Shown: positions 47,689 to 57,312 of the stretch, piece by piece
Layout of the letters: every line of letters starts with the position of its first letter
Position numbering within the stretch: position 1 is the stretch's first letter
Assembly: GCA_965198115.1 (NCBI GenBank)
Contig: OZ240241.1
Location: 5,024,001 to 5,088,000 of the forward strand
Reading direction: 5' to 3'
Source of the DNA: Candidatus Latescibacterota bacterium
Lineage (GTDB): Bacteria > Latescibacterota > UBA2968
DNA: 64,000 nucleotides
Position numbers and translations under genes: made by a program
The notes under the pieces: model-generated
Seen by the model: only the letters and a program-made list of their open reading frames with translations
Told to the model about the DNA's origin: nothing
The model's database searches: none

Positions 47689-49971
47689 ATGGCGAAAAAT
47701 CTGATCATCGTGGAATCTCCAGCTAAAGCTCGAACGATCACGAATTTCGTGGGCAAGGAATACAAAGTGGTCGCGTCGATGGGGCACATCCGCGACCTGC
47801 CTGCTCGCGAGCTCGGCTTCGATCCTGATGAGGATTTCGTCCCCAACTACGAAGTGCCCGATGAGAAGCGGAAGGTAATCCGCGAGCTGAAAAAGGAGAT
47901 CGACAAGGACACGACGGTCTATCTGGCGACGGACGAAGACCGCGAGGGTGAGTCGATTTCTTGGCACCTGATCTCGGCGCTCAAGATCGAGAAGAATCCG
48001 ATTCGGCGGATCGTTTTCCACGAGATCACAAAGCGCGCGATCGAGGAGGCACTCGCTAACCCGCGCGACGTGGATCAATCGCTGGTCGATGCCCAACAGG
48101 CACGACGTTTGATCGACCGGGCGGTTGGCTACAAACTGTCGCCGCTGCTGTGGCGAAAGATCAAGGGGGGTCTGTCGGCCGGTCGGGTCCAGAGTGTGGC
48201 CGTGCGAATCCTGGTGGAGCGAGAGCGCGAGATTCGCGCGTTCAAGCCGGATGAATTTTGGAAAATCAAGGCCGCTTTCGCGTCGCCGGCGTTCGAGTCC
48301 GAGCTGTCGCGAATCGGCGGAAAGCAGCAGAAGGTCCCGAACGAGACCGAAGCACGGGCCATCGAGACGAGTGCACGCGCGGGAACGTTCGTGGTGAATG
48401 AGGTCGCCGAGCGCGAGGGTCGCCGGAAGCCCGTCGCGCCGTTCATCACGTCGACGCTCCAGCAGGAAGCGTCGCGCAAGCTGTCGTTTTCGGTCGGGCA
48501 GACAATGCGTGTGGCGCAGCAGCTCTACGAGGGCAATTTCGAAATTCCCGGCTACGAGGGGGGTCTCATTACTTATATGAGGACCGACTCGGTCAATCTG
48601 TCGAACGAAGCGCTGTCACAGGCACGTGAGGTGATCGTCCAGGAATACGGAAAAGAGTATGCCGTGGACCAGCCGCGGACCTTCAAGACCACGGCACGCG
48701 GCGCCCAGGAGGCCCACGAAGCGATCCGACCCGCCAACCTGTCCGTCAAGCCGAGCGACGTGAAGCCCCACCTGTCCTCCCAGCTTTTCAAGCTCTACGA
48801 CCTGGTCTGGAAGCGAACGCTCGCGACGCAGATGGAAGAAGCCCGAATCCTGCATACGACGCTCAAGATCGAGGCGGGGAAAGACAAGGAGCTCCTGTTC
48901 GAAACGAAGGGGCAACGGATCCTCTTTCCGGGTTTCCTGAAGGCCTACACGGAGGGTTCGGACGATCCAGAGGCGGCTCTGGAGGACCAGGACGTGATTC
49001 TGCCAAAAGTTGAGGAAGGGCAGACTCTGGACCTGGCGGATCTCACGCTCGATCAGAATTTCACGAAGCCTCCGCCCCGGTATACCGAAGCTTCTCTCGT
49101 GAAGAAACTCGAGTCGGAAGGGATCGGCCGGCCGTCGACGTACGCCCCGATCATTTCGACGATTCAGGATCGCGGATACGTCGAGCGAACGAGGGACCGC
49201 AAACTGCGGCCGACCGCGACGGGGGAGGTGGTCAACGACTTTCTGGTCGAGCACTTTGCGGATATCGTCGACGTCGGTTTCACGATCAAGATCGAAGACG
49301 AGTTCGACGAGATCGCGAAGGGAGTTCAGAGTTGGCAGGAGATGATGCGCGAGTTCTATCCGCCCTTCGTGGGTACGGTCGTCGATAAAGACAAGAACGT
49401 CGACCCCACGACCGCACGGACGGTTCGCGTACTCGGCGACGATCCGAAGACCGGCAGACCCGTGAGTGTACGATTGGGGAAATTCGGACCGATGGTTCAG
49501 ATCGGGACTCGCGAAGACGAAGAGAAGCCCCTGTTCGCGTCGGTCCCGAACGACAAGAACATCTACGAAGTTGAACTGGATGAAGCCCTCGGCTACTTCG
49601 ACTTTCCGCGGACGCTCGGTGAGCTGGACGGGGAAGAGGTGCTCGTGAATCACGGGCGATACGGCTACTATGTCCGAATCGGACGCGAATATTTCTCTCT
49701 GGAAGAACGAGATCCGACGGCCGTCGAGTTGGAGGAAGCGATTCAGCTCATCAAGGAGGGTCGTGAGAACAAGACGAAGAACGTGATCAAAGACTTTGGG
49801 GACGTTCAGGTGTTGAACGGCCGCTACGGTCCTTACATCAAGAAGGATGGAGAGAACTACCGGATCCCGAAGGGGACCGATCCGTCTACGCTGGATCTCG
49901 AGGCCTGTGAGCAGCTGATGGAAGAAAACGGGCCAACACGCCGTCGGGGCCGGAGAAAGGCAGCGACCTGA
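47689..49971 (+). CDS. topA: DNA topoisomerase I (with Topo_C repeats)
   Basis: IVESPAKA, ATDEDREGE, SAGRVQS, ITYMRTDS, QEAHEAIRP and GRPSTYA motifs. Confidence 0.98.
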   Translation: MAKNLIIVESPAKARTITNFVGKEYKVVASMGHIRDLPARELGFDPDEDFVPNYEVPDEKRKVIRELKKEIDKDTTVYLATDEDREGESISWHLISALKIEKNPIRRIVFHEITKRAIEEALANPRDVDQSLVDAQQARRLIDRAVGYKLSPLLWRKIKGGLSAGRVQSVAVRILVEREREIRAFKPDEFWKIKAAFASPAFESELSRIGGKQQKVPNETEARAIETSARAGTFVVNEVAEREGRRKPVAPFITSTLQQEASRKLSFSVGQTMRVAQQLYEGNFEIPGYEGGLITYMRTDSVNLSNEALSQAREVIVQEYGKEYAVDQPRTFKTTARGAQEAHEAIRPANLSVKPSDVKPHLSSQLFKLYDLVWKRTLATQMEEARILHTTLKIEAGKDKELLFETKGQRILFPGFLKAYTEGSDDPEAALEDQDVILPKVEEGQTLDLADLTLDQNFTKPPPRYTEASLVKKLESEGIGRPSTYAPIISTIQDRGYVERTRDRKLRPTATGEVVNDFLVEHFADIVDVGFTIKIEDEFDEIAKGVQSWQEMMREFYPPFVGTVVDKDKNVDPTTARTVRVLGDDPKTGRPVSVRLGKFGPMVQIGTREDEEKPLFASVPNDKNIYEVELDEALGYFDFPRTLGELDGEEVLVNHGRYGYYVRIGREYFSLEERDPTAVELEEAIQLIKEGRENKTKNVIKDFGDVQVLNGRYGPYIKKDGENYRIPKGTDPSTLDLEACEQLMEENGPTRRRGRRKAAT

Positions 49972-50012
49972 GCCGGAGAGATTCCCACCACAGCGACGCG
50001 GCTGCCGAGCGC

Positions 50013-50894
50013 GTGGAAGACGCCGCGGCGGGGTTTCTCGATTTTCTGAATCGCGAGCGGCGTCTGTCCGAACATACGTGCCGAGCCTACGGCACCGATC
50101 TGTCACAATTTGGGGCCTATCTCGAGGTTCGGATTCCCGACAAGAGCTGGAACGATCTGAGTCGAAACGACATTCGCGCTTTTTTGGGCTACCTGAGCGA
50201 GGAAGGATTCAGTCGCGGGTCGATCGCCAGGAAGCTGGCGGCGATTCGTACTTTTTTGTCTCACCTCTGCGAGGTGGGAGACATCGATCGCAACCCCGCG
50301 CTGCAGGTTTCTCCCCCCAAGCTCGAAAAGCGTCTTCCCTCGCATTTGAACCTGGAGGAAGCGCGTGCGGCCATCGAGGGGATCGACACGTCCGACGCGC
50401 TGGGTGCCAGAGATCGGGCCATGCTGGAACTGCTCTACGGGGCGGGTCTGCGGTTGCGAGAGCTGGTGGGCCTGACGCTCGAAAGGATCGATCTGGACAC
50501 GGGGTTGGTTCGTGTCGTGGGGAAGGGCGACAAAGAGCGAATCGTTCCGATCGGGCGTGAAGCCGTGACGGCCATTCGGCACTACCTTGGTTTGCGGGTC
50601 TCGTCCACACCCGCTGCCGCCTCCTGCGTCTTTTTGACACGGACGGGTCGCCCGCTCAGCCCAAGCGGGGCTCAGGATCGGGTCGTGAGACACCTCTCCC
50701 GTACGACAGGCCGGCGTCTCGGGCCCCACGCTCTTCGCCATACGTTCGCGACCCATCTCCTCGATGCGGGCGCCGATCTAAACGCGGTCAAGGAAATGTT
50801 GGGACACGCGAGTCTGTCGACGACACAGGTCTATACCCACGTGAGCGTCGAGCGGTTGAAGCAAGCGTATCGTCAGGCGCACCCTCGGGCTTGA
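50013..50894 (+). CDS. xerC: Tyrosine recombinase XerC
   Basis: RDRAMLELLYGAGLR, GKGDKER, HALRHTFATH and LGHASLSTTQVY; lies directly after topA. Confidence 0.9.
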   Translation: MEDAAAGFLDFLNRERRLSEHTCRAYGTDLSQFGAYLEVRIPDKSWNDLSRNDIRAFLGYLSEEGFSRGSIARKLAAIRTFLSHLCEVGDIDRNPALQVSPPKLEKRLPSHLNLEEARAAIEGIDTSDALGARDRAMLELLYGAGLRLRELVGLTLERIDLDTGLVRVVGKGDKERIVPIGREAVTAIRHYLGLRVSSTPAAASCVFLTRTGRPLSPSGAQDRVVRHLSRTTGRRLGPHALRHTFATHLLDAGADLNAVKEMLGHASLSTTQVYTHVSVERLKQAYRQAHPRA

Positions 50895-50902
50895 AGATTC
50901 CT

Positions 50903-52579
50903 ATGAACGACGCACGATCGAGAAGCGCGGCGGTAGCCGCGCTTGTTTTGTTTTCCGGGTGCGCCAACCAGGCGCCGCCGCCCGGGGGACCGCCCGACCG
51001 GATTCCGCCCCGCGTGGTAGCGACCGTCCCTGCCGAGCAGGCCGTCGGCGTGGCAGTCGACACACCGATCGAAGTCACGTTCAGTGAGCACATGGATCGT
51101 CGCAGCGTGGAACGTTCGGTGTTCGTGTCGCCTCGGGCTGAATCCGATCCAGAACTGAAGTGGAAAGGTCGCCGGCTGGTGATTCGGATGCCGACGGCTC
51201 TGAGACCCGATCGGACCTATCGTGTGAGCATTGGAGCAGAGAGCGCGGACGAGGCTCGGAACAGGATGTCGTCGTCCTACGATTTCGCGTTTTCGACCGG
51301 TGACCGTATCAGCCACGGCGAGATCAGAGGGACGATTCGGCTCGAGTCGGGGGATGCGCATTTCGTCTGGGCCTACGATGTGGGAGATCGCGACCCCGAT
51401 CCCGGGCTGGACATTCCAAGCTATGTGACCCAGGCAGGGACGGAGGGCAGCTTCCGTTTTCCCGGACTGGGTCGTGGCTCGTTCCGCGTGTTCGTCTTTT
51501 CCGACGTCGATCGGGATCGAACCTACACGGCAGGAACAGACGCGCTCGGTCTGCCTCCCACGACGGTCGAACTGCCGACCGACGGATCGAGCACGGTCAT
51601 CGGTGCCATACGCGCGGTCGTGCGTGACACGACGGGTTCGCGACTGATCGCGGGAAGGACGAGCGACCAGACACACGTGAGGCTTCGCTTCGATGAGGAT
51701 GTGGCCACGTTGGGAACGGTCGAGATCGAGGGACTGACCGTGCACCTCTCCCACGTCGATCCGGGTGACAGCACAGCGGTCTGGGTTCTGACGTCGCCGC
51801 AGACGGAGGGGGCGAACTACGAGGTTCTTGCCAAAGGTTTCACGGATGCGCGGGGGAACACGGGGCCGCCTTCGTCGGTCACCGTCAAGGGAGATGGCCG
51901 ACCGGACACGCGGGCTCCTGCCGTTGTGTCCGTTTCGCCGCCCGACGGCAGCACGGATGTTCCAGCGACGGCCCCGGTCACGATCGTGTTCGACGAAGCG
52001 ATGGATCCCGTGACACGAACAGGGCTTTGGGTGGAGATGTCCGATCAGGGTGACTCGACGGGCGTCCTGAGCGGAACCTATGATTGGACGGCCCCGAACG
52101 TGCTCGCGTTCGAGCCGTACGCCGCCTGGTCGTCGGGGGCGCATTTTCTGGAGACGGCGGAGAGCTTGGTGGACGCCGGTGGCAATTCGACTGCCGAGTC
52201 GGTGCGTGTTCGCTTTACGACGACGGCTGACGCGCTCGAGGGCTCGCTTACCGGGCGTCTGGCGCCGGCTCCCTACGCGACGGTCGTGACGGTCCGGGTG
52301 CCGGGTGACGTCGATTACGCACGAGCCGTGCGGGTAGCCCCCGGCGACACGACGTTTGCGATCGAACGTCTGCGGACGGGACGATACGTCGTCGAGGTCT
52401 TCGGCGACCCCAACGACGACGGTGAGTGGGATGCTGGACGCGTGTCGCCATTCAGACCCGCAGAACCGGTTGCCGTCGATGCCGACACGGTAGAAGTGCC
52501 GCCGCGATGGGAATCGACGATCGATCGGGTTTTGCGCACGATGATCGTGGAAGTCGACGGAGAGCCCACTGATGGATAG
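50903..52579 (+). CDS. Lipoprotein with Ig-like (Big_5) domains
   Basis: Lipobox LFSG-C followed by CA..PPPGGPPD..PP; TFSEHMD and FDEAMD repeats. Confidence 0.85.
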   Translation: MNDARSRSAAVAALVLFSGCANQAPPPGGPPDRIPPRVVATVPAEQAVGVAVDTPIEVTFSEHMDRRSVERSVFVSPRAESDPELKWKGRRLVIRMPTALRPDRTYRVSIGAESADEARNRMSSSYDFAFSTGDRISHGEIRGTIRLESGDAHFVWAYDVGDRDPDPGLDIPSYVTQAGTEGSFRFPGLGRGSFRVFVFSDVDRDRTYTAGTDALGLPPTTVELPTDGSSTVIGAIRAVVRDTTGSRLIAGRTSDQTHVRLRFDEDVATLGTVEIEGLTVHLSHVDPGDSTAVWVLTSPQTEGANYEVLAKGFTDARGNTGPPSSVTVKGDGRPDTRAPAVVSVSPPDGSTDVPATAPVTIVFDEAMDPVTRTGLWVEMSDQGDSTGVLSGTYDWTAPNVLAFEPYAAWSSGAHFLETAESLVDAGGNSTAESVRVRFTTTADALEGSLTGRLAPAPYATVVTVRVPGDVDYARAVRVAPGDTTFAIERLRTGRYVVEVFGDPNDDGEWDAGRVSPFRPAEPVAVDADTVEVPPRWESTIDRVLRTMIVEVDGEPTDG

Positions 52580-52961
52580 CGTTGAAGGACGTAGCGTCTA
52601 CCGGCAGCTGCGGCTGATCGCTGTCCTTATTCTGGCGATCTGCAGTCTGTTGGTGGTGAAGTTCACGACACGGACTTCCGATGAAAAGGAGAGGGCGAGG
52701 GCCCACGTGATTCTGGCGGGCATTTACAAGTTGCAACAGAGTCACCACGCGATGTTTGGAACCTATCTTTCGTCTCGTCGTGCAAATACGAGTGAAGTAC
52801 TGAAGTGGACGGACGTCCCCGGGCGTTTCCGTTACGACGTCACGACCGAGGACGATAGCTACGCGGTTCGCGCATCGGCCGACCTCGACGGTGACGGACA
52901 CGAGGAGGTCTGGCAGGTCGACCCTCGGCACCCTGACCCAGTCCGCCTCCAGGCCGACTGA
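52572..52961 (+). CDS. Small membrane-anchored, type IV pilin-like protein
   Basis: N-terminal TM, A..ILAGIYKLQQSH..FGTY helix and A.ADLDGDG..EVW C-terminus; no GFTLIE signal. Confidence 0.55.
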   Translation: MDSVEGRSVYRQLRLIAVLILAICSLLVVKFTTRTSDEKERARAHVILAGIYKLQQSHHAMFGTYLSSRRANTSEVLKWTDVPGRFRYDVTTEDDSYAVRASADLDGDGHEEVWQVDPRHPDPVRLQAD

Positions 52962-52987
52962 TTCACGTTAGCGGGACCCCCATCCGA

Positions 52988-55489
52988 ATGAATCTCGTTC
53001 TGTCGATTCTCACCTTCCTGTTCTGGCAGCCCCTCCCAGGCAACGCCTACGTCCCGCAGATAGATTTCAATGAATTCGGGCGGATCGTGACGATCCGTTG
53101 GTCCTCCGCCGATGTGCAGGAGGGGATTTCGTTCGCGGTGAACGTGAACAGCTTTCCCTTCGACAGCCAGGACGTCCTGCGCATCGTGCGCAACGGTTTT
53201 TCGGCCTGGGAGAATGTGGGTTCGTCCGATCTTCGGTTCGTGGACGACGGAACAGGGTCCTTTGTCAAGTCGAGTACGGATCGTCGCAACGTGATCGTGT
53301 TCGATCCGACAGCGTTCGACATCGGCGCACCGCGTGGCTCGGGGGTCATTGCGATCACGACGATCAACTGGGATCGTTTTGGCAACATCATCGACACCGA
53401 CATCACGTTCAACGGTCGCGATTTCAATTTTTCCGTTTCTTCGGCGCCGAACACGAGAGGGGGCGTGGTCGATCTCCAGGATACGATGACGCACGAAATC
53501 GGTCATCTCATCGGGCTGGACCACACACCGCTGTCCGGTTCGGCATCGGAACGTCCGACGATGCACCCGTTCGCATCGCCCGAGGCCGCAGGGCGGTCAT
53601 TGGCGCCTGACGACATCGCGGGAATCACGCATCTCTATCCAGGTGTGAACGCCAGCCAGACGGGAACCGTGACGGGGCAGGTTGCGAAACCAAACGGAGG
53701 GGGTGCGTTCGGCGTCCACGTCATCGCCTACAGCAGCGTGACAGGTCGATTCGTGGCGAGCTCCCTCTCGGGATCAGCGGGTGACGACAAGGGATCTGAC
53801 GGCGACGGACGGTATGAGATTCGGGGCTTGCCACCCGGTGACTACCACATTGGTATCGAACCGGTCAGCGGAACGGTGTCCGAAGAGAACATCGGGGGCA
53901 TCTTCAGGAATCTGGAGCAGGGCTTTCCGAAGGAGTTCTACGACAACGTCACGACCCGGGACGCCTCACGCCTCGTGCGTGTCGATGCGGGAAGGGTCGC
54001 CGCGGGCATCGACTTCTCGGTCGGGCTGGCCATTCCCGGTTTTCCGTTCATCGTCGAAGTGTCCCTCCCGCGAAATACACCCGACGTCCTGGGTCCGTAT
54101 CTCGTTCAGATGAAGGTGACCGACGAAGACGGGATTACGTCGGCGGAGGTGGAATACCGGGTTGGCGAGAGCGGGTCCTTCCTGTCGAACACCCTGCGCT
54201 CGGTCGGCGGGGATGTGTGGGAAGGTCATATCCCGGGACAGTCGCCCGGTGTCGTCGTCGAGTATCGCGTGGGGGCGAGAGACGGGGTGGGCAACGTCAG
54301 CTCGTTTCCTCCGGTCGAGGAGGGGCCCCTCACGTTCAAGGTTTTGTCGATGTCGGGTGAGCCCGTTTTGTACGTGGTTCAATCGGGGTCGGGTCTGGTG
54401 TCGGTCCTCGATACCGGCACGGGAAAGGAAGTGGCACGGATACCGACGGGCGACACACCCCACTCCGTGGTCGTGACTCCTGACGAGGGCACGTTGTTCG
54501 TGGCCAATACGGGGAATCCCGCTCAGTCGGCACGCAGCGTCACGGCCATCCAAACTTCGACGCACAGGGTGCTGGCCCAGATCGACGTGGGGTTCTCGCC
54601 CCTGGATATGGCAATCGACCAAGCGGGGACGCGTGTGTTCGTGACGAATTCCGATGCGAGAAGCCTCTCGATCATCGACGTGGCGTCCCTCAGGGAGACT
54701 CGCCGTATCAATCTGACGACGGTCGTCGGGGGTCCGTTCGGGATCGCTGTCCAGCCCGACGGGGAAACCATCTACGTCACCGACATCGATGGGAACCAGG
54801 TGCTCGTGATCGACACCGAGTCCGCCCGAGTCACGGATACGATTCAGGTGCTCGCCAGCCCTCGATCACTGGCGCTGTCGACGGACGGACAGACGCTCTA
54901 CGTGACGGGTTTCGACGGTGGGGTCGGCGTCATCGACCTCTCTCGCGGGCAGCAGGTCCAGACGATCTCGACGCCCGGGGGCGTGTTCAGGATCGCCGTT
55001 TCGCCGACACGGGCGGTCATCTACGCGACCGACCACGACAATGACGATCTCCTCGTCATCGACCCGACTCGGGGGGAGGTCGTTCAAACCGTCTCCGCGC
55101 TGTCGTCGGGGCAGAACACACGCGGCCTCACGGTTTCGCGCGACGGCGAATGGATCTACGTGACGAATCAGGATACGAACGATCTCGTCGTGATCGATGC
55201 CGAGACGCTGAGGATGATTCGGAGCTACAGAGTCGGCGACGGGCCTCGAGGCATCGGTATTCGGGTGCGTCCGTTCGTCGAGCCGTTTCGGTCCGATCAG
55301 ATCGCCCAGGCGGATTTCGACGGCGATCTTCTCGTCGGCTTCTCCGACTTTGTGCTTTTCGCGGCCAGCTTTGGATCCGAGGAAGGAGAAGCGGGTTTCG
55401 AACCGCGTTTCGACCTGGATGTGGACGGTCTGATCTGGTTTGCGGACTTCCTTCTCTTCGCGGAACTGTTTGGCCGCACGGTCGCCTAG
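52988..55489 (+). CDS. Secreted matrixin-like (M10/metzincin) metalloprotease with Ig-like, YVTN beta-propeller and C-terminal EF-hand/dockerin-like modules
   Basis: HEIGHLIGLDH with TMHP Met-turn; YVT/FVTN repeats; ADFDGD..VGFSDF/FDLDVDG..FADF. Confidence 0.88.
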   Translation: MNLVLSILTFLFWQPLPGNAYVPQIDFNEFGRIVTIRWSSADVQEGISFAVNVNSFPFDSQDVLRIVRNGFSAWENVGSSDLRFVDDGTGSFVKSSTDRRNVIVFDPTAFDIGAPRGSGVIAITTINWDRFGNIIDTDITFNGRDFNFSVSSAPNTRGGVVDLQDTMTHEIGHLIGLDHTPLSGSASERPTMHPFASPEAAGRSLAPDDIAGITHLYPGVNASQTGTVTGQVAKPNGGGAFGVHVIAYSSVTGRFVASSLSGSAGDDKGSDGDGRYEIRGLPPGDYHIGIEPVSGTVSEENIGGIFRNLEQGFPKEFYDNVTTRDASRLVRVDAGRVAAGIDFSVGLAIPGFPFIVEVSLPRNTPDVLGPYLVQMKVTDEDGITSAEVEYRVGESGSFLSNTLRSVGGDVWEGHIPGQSPGVVVEYRVGARDGVGNVSSFPPVEEGPLTFKVLSMSGEPVLYVVQSGSGLVSVLDTGTGKEVARIPTGDTPHSVVVTPDEGTLFVANTGNPAQSARSVTAIQTSTHRVLAQIDVGFSPLDMAIDQAGTRVFVTNSDARSLSIIDVASLRETRRINLTTVVGGPFGIAVQPDGETIYVTDIDGNQVLVIDTESARVTDTIQVLASPRSLALSTDGQTLYVTGFDGGVGVIDLSRGQQVQTISTPGGVFRIAVSPTRAVIYATDHDNDDLLVIDPTRGEVVQTVSALSSGQNTRGLTVSRDGEWIYVTNQDTNDLVVIDAETLRMIRSYRVGDGPRGIGIRVRPFVEPFRSDQIAQADFDGDLLVGFSDFVLFAASFGSEEGEAGFEPRFDLDVDGLIWFADFLLFAELFGRTVA

Positions 55490-55599
55490 TTCCTGAATCC
55501 GCACAAAATTCCCTAAATACGTCCGGCGAGACCGTTCGTGGCGATCGACGTACAGATGGGTATAACTAACTGTGGGACAATTGGTTGTGGCGTTCGTTA

Positions 55600-55628
55600 T
55601 TGACCTGGCGGCTGGATCCCCTTATCAT
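55600..55628 (+). promoter_or_regulatory. Sigma70-like promoter
   Basis: TTGACC-N17-TATCAT. Confidence 0.55.
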
Positions 55629-55679
55629 TACCTTACGTCTTCATTCGATCGTTCATTTAACCCGTAGGACCGGGGCCCT

Positions 55680-56231
55680 ATGTTCTGGGGAATCATCACA
55701 CTCAGCTTCCTCGCGCTTCTCATTATCGTGAAGATGCTGACCGTCCTTGAAGTGCGTGCGCAGGACGTGGAGTACCGGAACAACACCAAGCGAATCCAGG
55801 ATATCCAGGAAGATCTGGATACCTCTCGGCGCAAGTATGTGATTGCCGTGAAGGCCGAGGGCGTGGCCAAACACCGTCTGAGTCAGCTCAAGACGCGTTT
55901 CGCCAATCTAAAGCAGAATTTCGAACAGATTCAGATCTCGACGGCCAATCAGGAGCAACGCAAGCAGAAGGAGCTGGAACTGACCCTCGAGCGCGTGGTC
56001 ATGGAAGCGCTTGGCGGGCCGACTGCTCGAAGAGATTCCCATTTCAAACGTGTAACCAATGCGATCAAGCAGTTGATCGATCTGGACAAGAAGAACAACA
56101 GCGAGGAAGTCATCGAGGCTGTTCAGCAAAAGCTGATCGAAATGGCGCAGGATGGGTCCCTGGAGAGCACGGGCCGCTCGACCAACGGTCGAACCGAGGA
56201 AGTCGAGAGCGAAGCCGAAGCCGCTGGTTAA
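55680..56231 (+). CDS. Membrane-anchored coiled-coil hypothetical protein
   Basis: N-terminal TM then a heptad-rich helix; has its own promoter and terminator. Confidence 0.8.
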   Translation: MFWGIITLSFLALLIIVKMLTVLEVRAQDVEYRNNTKRIQDIQEDLDTSRRKYVIAVKAEGVAKHRLSQLKTRFANLKQNFEQIQISTANQEQRKQKELELTLERVVMEALGGPTARRDSHFKRVTNAIKQLIDLDKKNNSEEVIEAVQQKLIEMAQDGSLESTGRSTNGRTEEVESEAEAAG

Positions 56232-56258
56232 ACCTCACCAACCTGTGTCTAACCGCAC

Positions 56259-56286
56259 ACCCACCCATCGAGGGTGGGTTTTTTTG
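56259..56286 (+). terminator. Rho-independent terminator
   Basis: ACCCACCC-ATCGA-GGGTGGGT followed by a T-tract. Confidence 0.85.
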
Positions 56287-56370
56287 TGCCCGGTAGCGTG
56301 GGTTGATCCTCGGGTGTATATTGGCCGGGACGACAGGCAGGATGGCATTCCGCGACAAGAGGAGGCAACG

Positions 56371-57225
56371 ATGACTTACGGATCGGGTGATTTCACGTAT
56401 GACGTGGTCGAAGATTGGTGGACCCTTCCTGATGGGTGGGCATTCGGCTGGATTCCGGCCGTAGCCGTAGACTCGAACGATCTGATATACGTTTACAGCC
56501 GGAGCGACCACCCCATGGTCGTGTTCGACAAGGATGGGAATTTTGTGAAATCGTGGGGTGACGATGTCTTGAAGGATGCCCACGGGATCTACATCGACGG
56601 GGATGACAACGTCTTCTGTGTTGAGCGTGAAACCCACTGCATGCGAAAGTTCACCTGCGACGGTGAACTGTTAATGACCTTGGGGACGCCCGATCAGGCC
56701 GGCGCGGAGGGAGAGCCTTTCAACCTGCCGACGGACGTGGCTTTCGATTCTGCGGGGACGATGTATCTGACCGACGGATACGGAAACGCACGGGTACACA
56801 AATACACGGGCGACGGCGAACTGCTCAAATCCTGGGGGACACCGGGGACCGGACCGGGTGAGTTCGACCTTCCCCACTGTGTGCGCGTGGACAAGCACGA
56901 TCGACTCCTCGTGGCCGACCGTTCCAACAACCGGATTCAGTTTTTCGACACGGACGGGAATTTCCTTCACGAATGGACCGGCCTGCATCAGCCCGACACG
57001 ATCTACATCGACGATGAGGTCGTTTACATAGCCGAACTCGATCAGCGTCTGAGCATCTGGACGCTCGACGGCGAGAAGATCACGGAGTGGGGCGGTGGTG
57101 TGGAGAGTACGAAGCCCGGTGAGTTCGTCAAGTGCCCCCACGGTATCTGGTTGGATTCGGACAAGTCGATCTACGTGTCGGAGGTTCAGGCCGACGCCCG
57201 GTTGCAGAAGTTCGTGCGGAGATAA
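56371..57225 (+). CDS. NHL-repeat protein, peptidyl-alpha-hydroxyglycine alpha-amidating lyase (PAL)-like
   Basis: AHGI, FNLPTDVA, DGYGNARV, FDLPH, ADRSNNRIQ and PHGI motifs; GGAGG RBS. Confidence 0.88.
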   Translation: MTYGSGDFTYDVVEDWWTLPDGWAFGWIPAVAVDSNDLIYVYSRSDHPMVVFDKDGNFVKSWGDDVLKDAHGIYIDGDDNVFCVERETHCMRKFTCDGELLMTLGTPDQAGAEGEPFNLPTDVAFDSAGTMYLTDGYGNARVHKYTGDGELLKSWGTPGTGPGEFDLPHCVRVDKHDRLLVADRSNNRIQFFDTDGNFLHEWTGLHQPDTIYIDDEVVYIAELDQRLSIWTLDGEKITEWGGGVESTKPGEFVKCPHGIWLDSDKSIYVSEVQADARLQKFVRR

Positions 57226-57312
57226 GCGGCCCCCGGGGGCCACGGTGTTCAGTGTTCAGGAGCAACGAGTCCGGCTACGGGACCACGGAAATGCTTTTCG
57301 TGAGAGTGGCGC

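Noticed and set aside
48616-50106. Long antisense or alternate-frame ORFs (also 15178..16626, 29211..30428, 30753..31892, 45399..46592, 50873..52144)
   Set aside because: They overlap well-supported genes, lack motifs, and are expected from high GC3 codon bias.
50013-50894. Phage or island integrase
   Set aside because: XerC-like size and motifs in the usual position after topA; no att sites, tRNA or phage genes nearby.
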